Positions 50,867 to 61,569 of a stretch of 64,000 bases of DNA are shown here, piece after piece. The DNA is from Camelus dromedarius (lineage: Eukaryota), in contig NC_087436.1 of NCBI RefSeq assembly GCF_036321535.1, positions 46,130,001 to 46,194,000 of the forward strand, in the 5' to 3' direction. Below the pieces are notes generated by a model that saw only the letters and a program-made list of their open reading frames with translations, did not search any database and had not been told where the DNA came from. A program made the position numbers and the translations under genes. Every line of letters begins with the position of its first letter. Position 1 is the stretch's first letter.

Positions 50867-53800
50867 GCATCTTCCCTTCGTGACCACAAGGAGGAGGAAC
50901 TGAGCTGAATGGTGGGACTTCCTCTGTTCTGTCTGCTCCTTCTCAATTGAATTCCTAGACAACTTCTATCTCTTGACTTCTGTTTGCTATGGAAAAGTTT
51001 AAATGAGGGAGCAAGTAATTTCTTCCGTCTATATTTGAAGACTAGAATATACTATCAGCTTTAAGATATTTAAAATAGTTTAATAAATTTCACATTTTTA
51101 TTAGTCAAAAGTGCAGTTATTTAGTGGATAAATTCACATATATGAACTTGAGGCTGGTATTCCAGTAGCTAGAAGAAATTAACTAAAAGTAATTGAATTT
51201 ACCAGTTGGGGGATTTTGTGCTTATATTTTGAAATTTCTCAAAATCAAGAATCATTTGGCATCATTATCATGCTTTTGACATAATTTCATCTGGAGTCTC
51301 CATTTCAACTTCAGTCACCACATAATTTCATAGCTGGAATGCATTCTTAATTTTTCTCATACTGTGTTCCTTAGTCTAATTGGATAGTCTGAATTGCCAG
51401 GAATGCCAAAAACTGTTCACTTGGATATTCATAATTTAGAAATCCAGGCTTCTGGATTATGTACATAAAATTTTTATTCTTGTATTTTAAATGTTGTCAG
51501 CAGATATTTTAAAAAGGTTCTCACATTTAGGCTAAGTGGCTGAGTAAATTTGATGAATTGTAGCCAGCACTAGCTTGTATATTATGGTAATATTAAGAGT
51601 CAGAATATGTCTAACTAGAAGTATACTTGTTTTTGACAAAAGTAAAATTTCTTAATTTAGAGTTCACATGTAAGGAAAGTGAAAAAGGGGAGGAAAAGCC
51701 ACTCACATCCTGTAATCTCTTGGAATAATACCTCTTTACCATCATATTTAGCAAGCTTGGTAGCTTTTAGAGTTTCTATTATAATATAAGTCTGGACAAT
51801 TGTTAAAGAGTCAGAGGGATTCTCCATTATAGCTCTGTCTCCAGCATCCTCTTTTGCTCTTGTAGTAGCTAATGGGAGAGAAAAATCTTATAGGAATCTC
51901 CTTCCATAGGAGTCTCTATTACAGGGTCAGAAAAGTGGTATTATTTTTGATCCTTAAAATGCTAGAACTAAATATGCCTGGAAAATTGACCCAGTTCTTT
52001 CTCAACATTCCTGTATCTTAGTTCAATTTGGGCAGTTATTAAAGGTAAGTGGTTTATATTATCTTTCTAGGAATTATGAAACTCCGATTTGTCTCAGGGG
52101 TTCCAGAATCCAGCTGGCATTTTTAAGATGTACATGATATGATCATAAGATAAAAACATTTCCATAAACCATGCATGAAAACCAACCTTTTGACTTTAAA
52201 GTCAGGCTAGAAATGCTGGCAAATTTTAGGCCCTTGCCAGCAAATTCTGGAATATTAAAAATCATTTTTTACTGAAAAAATTAGGGCTCAAGGTCAGAGC
52301 CGATGAAATTTGAATGAACACAAGCTAATAGCTGCCTATCTGAGAATGGTTATCAATCTGGTTGAGGGTCAAGTGAGTTAAGTATGTTAAGGATCAGGTG
52401 GCCCTCGTGGGCAGATCCTGATACTAGCTGCTAAGAGGTCTCACAGAGTAATGGCATTCCATTTCCTGAGGGAGTGGGTTGGGAGTCCATTTCTACCAAT
52501 CTCATTTGTGAGCTCCACGTCCGGGGTTCTGGTTTGTATCTGTGTATCTCTAGGGCTTGTGGTAGAGTTCTCTATAGAAAGTTAGCTATAAAAGCTAATA
52601 ATGATCATAATGAAGATCTGTCAACTTGACTTGGTTGAGAATTTTTATTGTGGTTTATCTCTTTACATACACTAATATCCTTATCCCCATGCCTTTTAAA
52701 ACATTTTCTCTGAGGGCTTTGTCAGCCAAAACGTATTAAAGCTAATACAAATCTTAGCGGTCAAGTGTTCAAGGGTTTTCCAACGTTTCTCAAAGAGGCT
52801 CAACCTTTAGAAAAAAATGAAATCTTATGAGAAAAGCCATTATATGAAACTGGTTACAAAGTTAGCTACACACACAATGATTGACCTCGGAGGTCAGAGG
52901 GGCAGAGGCCAAAGCCCTACATGTTCTTTCTTTCTTTCTGCTGCTCACCCCACTCCCCCATGATGGCCCCTGAGGTATCTCCGAAGAACTTCAGGACTCC
53001 ACAGGAAACTGTTATAAAATTACTGAAAGTTCAGTCCCCAGTGTGATTCCATTTCCTCTGTCTTTAGAGATACTGTATGCTTGCCAATACAGAACTCATC
53101 TCCAAAATTCTGTAACTAGAAACATTACAAGGAATGATGGAAGCAAAATTATTTATTAAAATGAATGGAATCCAGAAATGACTGCTGATATAGTATTGTT
53201 CTTTAATGAGTTGTAATAGTCCAGCAAAGGAGATATAATAGAAGTAGTGCTGGAAAGCTGGAAAAGTGCACTGTGTAACTGAGCATGGTACTGTGCATCA
53301 GGAAATCAGTATCTCACTTCATCCTTTTTCTTAAAGTTAACTTATTTTTAAAGCTTTCAAGTCACAATATTGCTCTTGTTTTTTATGACAGTTTTTGTGT
53401 TTTTTTTTTCAAATTTCTTTGTATTTTTACTTAGTCTTTAATTTTAGATACTAATGTGGGGCTTCCTCACCAAGTTACAGCAGTCCATTGCCTTTTTATA
53501 TATTTATTTAAAGCAATAGATTTTTAAACTAATAGTTAATACTTGGTTTGTGAAGTAGTATACAAAAAATAACTATCCCCAAATTATGCTTTTCATATAG
53601 AAAATTTATAATATGAGAAAGTTGTTGTTAAAGATACTTCTAAGATCTTTGAGACTTTCTTACTGATCTGATTCTTATTTCTGTTAAACTGATGATGTTT
53701 ATCTATTGAAATTTAAATTGACAGTACAATGTGAATTTATGAATTGTGCACGTGTGTTTAAATAATAGTAGGAAAAATTTTCAGGAACTAACAGCACTTT

Positions 53801-56518
53801 AGCTAATACTGAAGGGATATATGTAGTACCTTTCAGAGTGAAAGTGTAAATCTGGGTACAGCCATACTGTAAGAAGTACTGCAAAAGGAAGTTTGAAAGA
53901 CAATACTCTTCCTCCCACTGGAATGAACGTCCACTGTCAACAGCGATGCTGTTTACTGTATAGTTGTAGACGGTAGTTTGGCCAAGTGCAGCACCTGCCT
54001 TGACTGTCTTATTGGGCAGATAATAGAATGACAACTGTACAAGTTACTGAGTTTTGACAAGCAATTAATTTCCTCCTTAATACACAGTCTTAAACTATGG
54101 ATTTCCAGGAAGTCTGGAAGAATAAAATGATTTTTCTTTTTAAAATTACTTTAGTTACTTTGCCTTTTGAGGGAAGACAATTATTAGTAAAGCAGCAAAG
54201 CTAGATTGTACATATACTAAAGGCTGGAAAGATCATATATGCCAGCCAAAGCTATTGTAAGCTGCAAAAAAGAGGTTTAACCGAACCAACTGTATCCCCT
54301 AAATTTACTGTCAGAACCCTACAGACTGACGACTGCCCAGGAGTTTAAGCAGCGAGCTTGACGGCGTGGCTTAGTCCTACTATACATGTTATGCATCTGG
54401 AAGTTTTTCATAAACGAAGAACTCCAACGTTAAGAAATCACATCTGTAAAGAAACCAGGGCTTTATGTTCTTGTATATAGTTTCTTTCTGTACATAGTTA
54501 AACACTGAATTTCAGCTACTTCTGAGGATACTTTCATGAATATTGCTTTGGTTCTGTAATCAAGTTCTGTATGAGGCCTGCTATGTGTTGGTGGCAAAAT
54601 TTATGTTACCATTTTTGGAATATTAAAAAGAAAGTTATTTTTATGGCAAAAAGTATCCTTGAATTGAGAGATCTGAAGTATACCTTCTATTTTCTGTGTA
54701 TGAGCCCCTGACACATTAGACTCAGAATGTATTTTATTCTTTTAAGCTTTCATCTGTTTGAGCAGAAAACCTTTGCTTTCAGCCTCAATCCTCAAAAAGA
54801 AATCCCAGATAGAGGAATTTTGTAATCAGTAACATTTATCCCCTAGATATGTGTATGATACATCATTTTTCTCATTTGCAAAATTTTTAAGTCCCCACTT
54901 TAGTTTAACTGTGTCATATGCTACCAATTTTTTTTTAATTTTATTTTTTACTCTTCAGTATAGTAATGGTTGTTTATTTTCTGTCTTTATCCAGGTTCTT
55001 ATCTTGTGGGTTATGTGGTACTCAATTTTCTTATTGTTGCTAAAATTATTTAAAGGACAGTTCCTTTCAGTTGGCTTTATATACTTTATATACTAGACCC
55101 TTGAGGGTAGTGCTGATAGCTGTGCCTGTATTACTGACGTGATTTACATAAGTGGCCTTTAAGATGGTAGCACTGAAAATTTGTCTAAGGTAGAGACCAC
55201 TCTTAGAAGACTCAGTTTCCTGTGTCTGGGTATCAGTGAGTAGTTCCTAACATAAAAGAAAAAATGCTGACCTTGCCCCTGTGTTTTGGGGTGCTGTGCC
55301 AGGCCCTTACATTATTTACATAGGCCACATTTGCCTAGTTTGAGCATGTGGCTGCCTCTGGGATTCTGTGCTGCTCTTTTGTCCATCTTGGCTTTGGCTT
55401 CATTTATCTTATCTACTAGTCTGGCTTTTAATTGGACACTTTCACCCAGTTCCCATCATATTCATTCATGTGTTACCACTTCAGACGACTTGCTTTTGGT
55501 CCATACTCTAAGATTTATTCGCCTATTCTTGGCCAGTTACCTCTCCCATTGGTCCCTGTCTTGTTTGATCTCCTTCTCCCGCTACCTACCCACAATGTTC
55601 GCTTTACTAGCATCCCAAACAGCTCAGCCCTCAGCTGCCCAGGTATATGGATACTCTTCTCTGATCCTACCTGTTTCAGTTGTCTGAGCCCACTGGGATT
55701 TTGGCAGAAGAATGGCTGAAGCTAGATAATGGCCCTGCCCATACATTCTAGGAAGAAAGTATGTTAGAATAGGGCCGAGGGTAGGTGGGGATACATTGAA
55801 ACTACACGGTCATTGGTGAGTATTTTTGCAGGGAAATATTTACCTTCTTCGGAAGTACCTTTTGTTCTGGTAGTCTCATATTGCCATATGAGGAGAGAGT
55901 TAATTATAAATATTAAATATTTGGGATATTAGTATCTAAAATTTCTATATTGTGGGTAGTAACTGATCTCTGGTATTACTTAACTCCAGCCAACTCTGGC
56001 AAAGGTGAAGTGGTCATGTGTGTAGTAATCTGTTTACAACCCTTTTATTCAATTAATAAAATATTTATTGTGATTTATTATGGATAAGACCCAGCGCCAT
56101 ATGCCTTAGTATTTAAAGAAATAAGTAGGCTGCTAAGTTCTTATGAAGTAATAATGGTGTCAGATATGCAGACTGGACTGCAAGAGAAGTAAAAACTACA
56201 AAAGTATATAGCCTGTAGCCAACTGTATCCACTTTTAATGGGTTTAAAACTACAATGATAATTGGTATTTGAACTCAATTCCAGTTCATTTACTTTTCAT
56301 GATTTCAAAAATAGCAACATGTTATTACAGAAGTTGATATTTGAATTTTTAAAAAACTTTTTTCTAGAAAATCGAGTTCTCTAATGAGTATTGTGATACT
56401 TTGTGGAAATGTTTGTGACATACCACTTACATGGTTTTTCCAAAAATAAATGATCTCTGTCAGTTGTTAGGTCAGGTGTAACATTTTTAACCCCTCTCCA
56501 GGCTACTTTCCATGGTAT

Positions 56519-56524
<6 letters not shown>

Positions 56525-56551
<27 letters not shown>

Positions 56552-57399
56552 ATTTTTTATTGATTTATAATCATTTTACAATGTTGTGTCAAATTCCAGT
56601 GTTCAGCACAATTTTTCAGTTATTCATGGACATATACACACTCATTGTCACATTTTTTTCTCTGTGAGTTATCATAACATTTTATGTATATTTCCCTGTG
56701 CTATACAGTGTAGTCTATTCTACAATTTTGAAATCCCAGTCTATCCCTTCCCACCCTCCACCCCCCTGGTAACCACAAGTCTGTATTCTCTGTCTGTGAG
56801 TCTATTTCTGTCCTTTATTTACGCTTTGTTTTTGTTTGTTTGTTTGTTTTTGTTTTTGTTTTTTAGATTCCACATATGAGCGATCTCATATGGTATTTTT
56901 CTTTCTCTTTCTGGCTTACTTCACTTAGAATGACATTCTCCAGGAGCATCCATGTTGCTGCAAATGGCATTATGTTGTCGGTTTTTATGGCTGAGTAGTA
57001 TTCCATTGTATAAATATACCACCTCTTCTTTATCCAGTCACCTGTTGATGGACGTTTAGGCTGTTTCCATGTTTTGGCTATTGTAAATAGTGCTGCTATG
57101 AACATTGGGGTGCAGGTGTCATCCTGAAGTAGATTTCCTTCTGGATACAAGCCCAGGAGTGGGATTCCTGGGTCATATGGTAAGTCTATTCCTAGTCTTT
57201 TGAGGAATCTCCACACTGTTTTCCATAGTGGCTGCACCAAACTGCATTCCCACCAGCAGTGTAGGAGGGTTCCCCTTTCTCCACAGCCTCTCCAGCATTT
57301 GTCATTTGTGGATTTTTGAATGACGGCCATTCTGACTGGTGTGAGGTGATACCTCATTGTAGTTTTGATTTGCATTTCTCTGATAATTAGTGATATTGA
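56525..57399 (-). mobile_element. Young 5'-truncated LINE-1 (ORF2 C-terminus, 3' UTR, (TAAA)n tail), antisense within the COL25A1 intron
   Basis: Uninterrupted ORF 56863-57375 with the CCHC motif CWRGC-x7-HCWWEC and terminus [11 protein letters not shown]; 16-bp TSD TCCATGGTATTTATTT (56509-56524) / TCCATGGCATTTATTT (57400-57415). Confidence 0.97.
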
Positions 57400-57569
57400 T
57401 CCATGGCATTTATTTTTAAGGAGACCAGCAGGCTTTCTTAAATGTCCGTTCAGATTCTATGGTCATGTTTTCTAATGAAGACAGAATCTCTGGGTCTTGG
57501 CTAGACTGTCTTGGGTTTTAAAGAACAGAGCTCCACTTAGGTAGCTTTAAATAACAGTGGTGCATGGAG

Positions 57570-57752
57570 TCTCAGCTTTGTCACTGTTGACACCTTGGGC
57601 TGGATAATTCTTTGTTGTGGGGGCACTTCTATGCATTGTAATATGTTTAGCAACATACCTGGCCTCCTTTCACTGGATACCTGTTGCATTCAGTTTCCAC
57701 AGCAAAAAGATGGCTTAGCACTGTCAAATGTCCCCCAGGGGTCAAGATCACT
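57570..57752. mobile_element. MER20 hAT-Charlie fossil
   Basis: cactgttgacaccttgggctggataattctttgttgtggggg...atgtttagcaacatacctggcctc...gtcaaatgtccccagggg. Confidence 0.8.
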
Positions 57753-58129
57753 GCGAGATGCGAACCTCTTTTCAGGATACCCAGTGAGTGAGGAAGGCAG
57801 GAATATCAACTCTGCAGCTGGCCCTCTGGAAGAACAGGAGGTGGAAGGTGATCGGAACAGTCAGGACGAATCGTCATCCCCTTAGCAGGAGGCGTCCAGT
57901 GCAGTGCCCTCTGAGCTGAAGAACTTTATCTCTGCTTCTACAACTTTTGTCAAGGCCACTCTCCTCTCCTCTCTCTCCTTGTGGCTGCTTCTCTTTTTGA
58001 CCTTGTGGTCAAGGTCAGCCCAAGGTTGACCTCTTTTCTTTGTGTTTGGTTACAGCTTTGTCGTTATCGTTATTAAAATAATACAGGCATATGACAAAAA
58101 AGCCAACATTTGTATTAAAAGTGGTATAC

Positions 58130-58440
58130 CAGGAGGAGGAGGGATAGCTCAGTGGTAAAGCGTGTGCTTGGCATGCATGAGGTCCTGGGTACTGCCAATA
58201 AATAGAAGCAGCTGTACAGTTACCCATCATGAAATTCACCTCACCAACTCATGAAGACTACAAAGCCATCTTGGATTGTCATCTTTCAGTCTTGTAAAAT
58301 CAAAACAGTCTTTTTAAAAACCTACTAAAATTTCTTGATAATAAATGTGTCAATTATATGCAAAACAAACAAACAAACAAACCTAATTACCTCTCCTCTC
58401 CCAAACCTAAAAATACAATAAATTTTAAAAAACCTTAAGA
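58130..58440 (+). mobile_element. Chimeric tRNA-Ala-derived SINE carrying a ~170-nt non-SINE insert
   Basis: SINE head 58130-58190, foreign segment 58191-58361, SINE tail (aaac)n-cctaattacctc 58362-58440; TSD AAAAGTGGTATAC (58117-58129) / AAAAGTGGTACAC (58441-58453). Confidence 0.85.
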
Positions 58441-58734
58441 AAAAGTGGTACACGATATCTCTTCCCAGAGGAGTCTACTGCGAGTAGTTTCTTGTGTATC
58501 TTTCCAATACAAATGGATTTACATCATTCTTTTTAAAGACTGTATTCTATTATATAAATGTACCATAATATATTCAATAAGTAGGCAAATCACTTTTAAA
58601 AGTCCAAATATTGCTTCCTATTTCTGATTTTCCTGTTTCTCGAGGAAGATTGCTTTGATTTTATACTTCTATTCCACACAGTCTGTATATATGGGAGCTT
58701 AATACATACATGTTGATGAAATATTATTACTGAT

Positions 58735-59040
58735 GTGATATGCCGATGATAAATATGAACAACTGCTCTCAAAAAGCAAATGCCCTGATAGCCCTGATTT
58801 GTAGCATTTGCAGATTTTCAAGGTGTGAATATCCTACAAGTGTCAATTGCAGCTTAACAAAGTGACATTAGGAAGTGATAAATTTGAGTGTTTACCAGCT
58901 TTGTTTTTAATATAATTTATTTCATTGTACTGTTATATAATTGAAATTTAAACAATGACTGTGTTTAACACTGGGCTCACAAAATTCTGAAAAATGACAA
59001 TCGGATCCCTCAAGTTAGCTTCCAGTACCTGCTGGCACTG
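58735..59040. mobile_element. MER63-like hAT-Blackjack fossil
   Basis: gccctgatttgtagcatttgcagattttcaaggtgtgaatatcc; related to 1862-2060. Confidence 0.6.
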
Positions 59041-59112
59041 ATATCCCCGATTCCATATAGAGTGTGTTGCGTTGTTCGTGGTAATGTCTCCAAGTAGTAA
59101 TCCTGTCTCTGA

Positions 59113-60100
59113 TAGGATTTTAGAATCTCAATGTTGGGAAGGTCTTTAAAGGTTATCCAGACTTACATTGCTCATGGTACTTGAATTCCCTCAGTGACAT
59201 TCTGGCTCTGTGGTCATTAACTTATGATGATCTCTTGAATAGACCACTCAATCTTTGAACTGGTCTGTTAAAAAAGCTTCTTTTTGTTAGGTTGAAATTC
59301 ATCTTCTTCTGGGCATCTACCATTTGATTCTGTACACCATCCCTGCCCTGTGTCATAAAATAAATCAAATACCTCTGTCACATGACAACTCTTCAAATAC
59401 TAGAAATCACCTATTATATTTCTTACTAAGGTTTTTATTTTTGGAATAAATGCCCTTGGCTCATTCAGGCATTACAATTTGTCTACTTCTTTCTTAACAT
59501 GTTGCACATTGATTTGAATAAAGCCCCAGATGGGGCGTGGGGGGCATATATGAGAGGGACAGTGAAGAGAACTTCTCTAGTTCTTCTCTACTTCTAACTA
59601 ATGCAGCCTAAAATTACAGTAATTTTCTTGCTGGCTCCATAAGTCTATTGACTGACACTGATGAAAACCCCTAAGTATTTTTCATATATGCAGCTGTAAA
59701 GTCTTGTTTCCTCACTCTGGATTGTACAGTTTTGTTTTTTGGGGGGGGAGAGGGGAGGCAAATGAAGACTTTATACTTATTTTCACTAAATTTTCATCTA
59801 TTTTAATAGACCCCAACTCCAGCCTTGTCACGATTTGTTGGGATCATGATTTTTTCCATACATTTCCAACTCCTCTTGGCTTCATATTATTTGGAAATTT
59901 GATGAAGTGACCAACATTGTTTTCTTCTGATTTTGTGATGAAATGCCTGAACTTACAAGAGCTCAGGACAGAATCAAGTGGCTTTCCAGAAGTCTTTCCC
60001 TTTTGGTTCCCATTAATTTATTTACGAGCACCTTTGGAATTGTCTTTCTACCAGTGATCTATCCACTCAGTTGTCTTTTATTTATTGCAATGCGTCCAGT
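59113..60100 (-). mobile_element. L3/CR1 LINE fossil
   Basis: Starts aggattttagaatctcaatgttgggaaggtctttaaaggttatccag (MIR3/L3 3' end, reverse strand), then aaaagcttcttttttgttaggttgaaat and catgacaactcttcaaatact. Confidence 0.6.
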
Positions 60101-60909
60101 TGTGTTCCTTAGAACACCATTTCTTTTTCATGTTAACAAATGTTCTGAGGAAGAAAGTTTCAAGACAAGTTAGAGGTGCGCTGGGTTAAACCAATACAAG
60201 CAGATTTATTTACTGTAGGATTTGTGCATTGTGAATCTTCAAAATGGTGAATATAATGTATCATGTTTTAAACAATTATGGTCATGGTACTGTTTTTTCT
60301 GTTTAGGTAAAATAATATGTCTAAGAGAAAATTGTTCTTTGAGTTGATAAATGTTTTCCACCAGGGCAAAATATGGAGAAGTAGTTTGGAAGTTTTCAGA
60401 ACTTTAGCTGAAATGGTCCAAGGTTAATTAGGAAAGTGGCTCCCAACTTGTAGAAGTAGAGTTCCTGACTTTGTAGGAAGGAGGAGATGGAGGAGAAGAA
60501 GGAGGGCAAAATATAGTGTAACTGGGGATAGATACTCCAGGGAGGGCTCAAGTCTAAAGACAGAAAGCAAATACAAATGTGTGTGTGACGTTTACTAGAC
60601 TGGAGACTCCTGTCATCAGGAGGGAGTGTAAGACCTACCTAAAAGTGTTCAAATTACTTTTTAAAGCACTTTGCCAAACAAAAACCAATATTTGGGTGCT
60701 ACTTAGTCTGATCTGAAGGCTGAACTTCTTGGTAGCATGCGTCTAATTCAGCTATACACAGAGATGCTCCTTTTATTTTTTGGAGAAAAATTGAATACCT
60801 TTTATTTCATATAATATTTTTCCTCATTAATACAATTATCCTCAGTTAAAGTTGTTTAGTTTTCTTTGTGACATATTTCAGGGTATTCAGACTATTCTTA
60901 TATATGAAA

Positions 60910-61145
60910 GTTTTTTTTTTAACACCTTTATTGTGGTATGGTTCCTGTATAGTAAACTGCACATATTTCAGATGCACACTTTGATGAATTTTGTTGGATG
61001 TATACAGCAGTGACACTGCTACCATTATCAAGATAACTAACATTTCCATCACTCCCAAGAGGTGCAGTTTTCGAATTTTCAATTTATCCCTTCTCACCCC
61101 CTTTAACCGCTGGTAACCATAAATTTGTTCTCTATGTCTGTGCAA
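60910..61145 (-). mobile_element. LINE-1 3' fragments
   Basis: ttttaacacctttattgtggtatgg...aaactgcacatattt...; ccctttaaccgctggtaaccataaatttgttctctatgtctgtg. Confidence 0.7.
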
Positions 61146-61436
61146 ACTGTTCTTATGTTGATTAAAAACATTATAATATTTATATTTTCTTAAACATACG
61201 ATCTTCATCCTTTGTTTCTTCAATGATCCACCATGAATAGAATAACAATAATAGAACTTAAATAATATAACTAGATATGAGATACAATAAGTATTTAAGT
61301 TATATCAAAGCCTTTTATGTAGAGTATGAATCAGGCAGCTTAATAATATATAGCTTAAATGAATGTTGTCAAGACATCAAACTGTATCAGCAAACTTAAA
61401 TTCTTTTTCTTGTAAAGGTAGAAAAAATAGTTTCTT

Positions 61437-61569
61437 TTTTTGTTTTTTTTGGGGGGGTAATTAGATTTATTTTTTTAGCTTTGTTTTTTAATAGTGGTAC
61501 TAGGGATTGAACCTAGGACTTTGTGCATGCTAAGCATGCACTTTACCACTGACCTATACCCTCCCCTGC
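61437..61569 (-). mobile_element. tRNA-Ala-derived SINE (Vic-1-like)
   Basis: ggtactagggattgaacctaggactttgtgcatgctaagcatgcactttaccactgacctataccctcccc; perfect 13-bp TSD AAAATAGTTTCTT (61424-61436, 61570-61582). Confidence 0.92.

Noticed and set aside
56863..57375. 170-aa ORF as a host gene
   Set aside because: It is the C-terminal fragment of L1 ORF2 in a 5'-truncated element.
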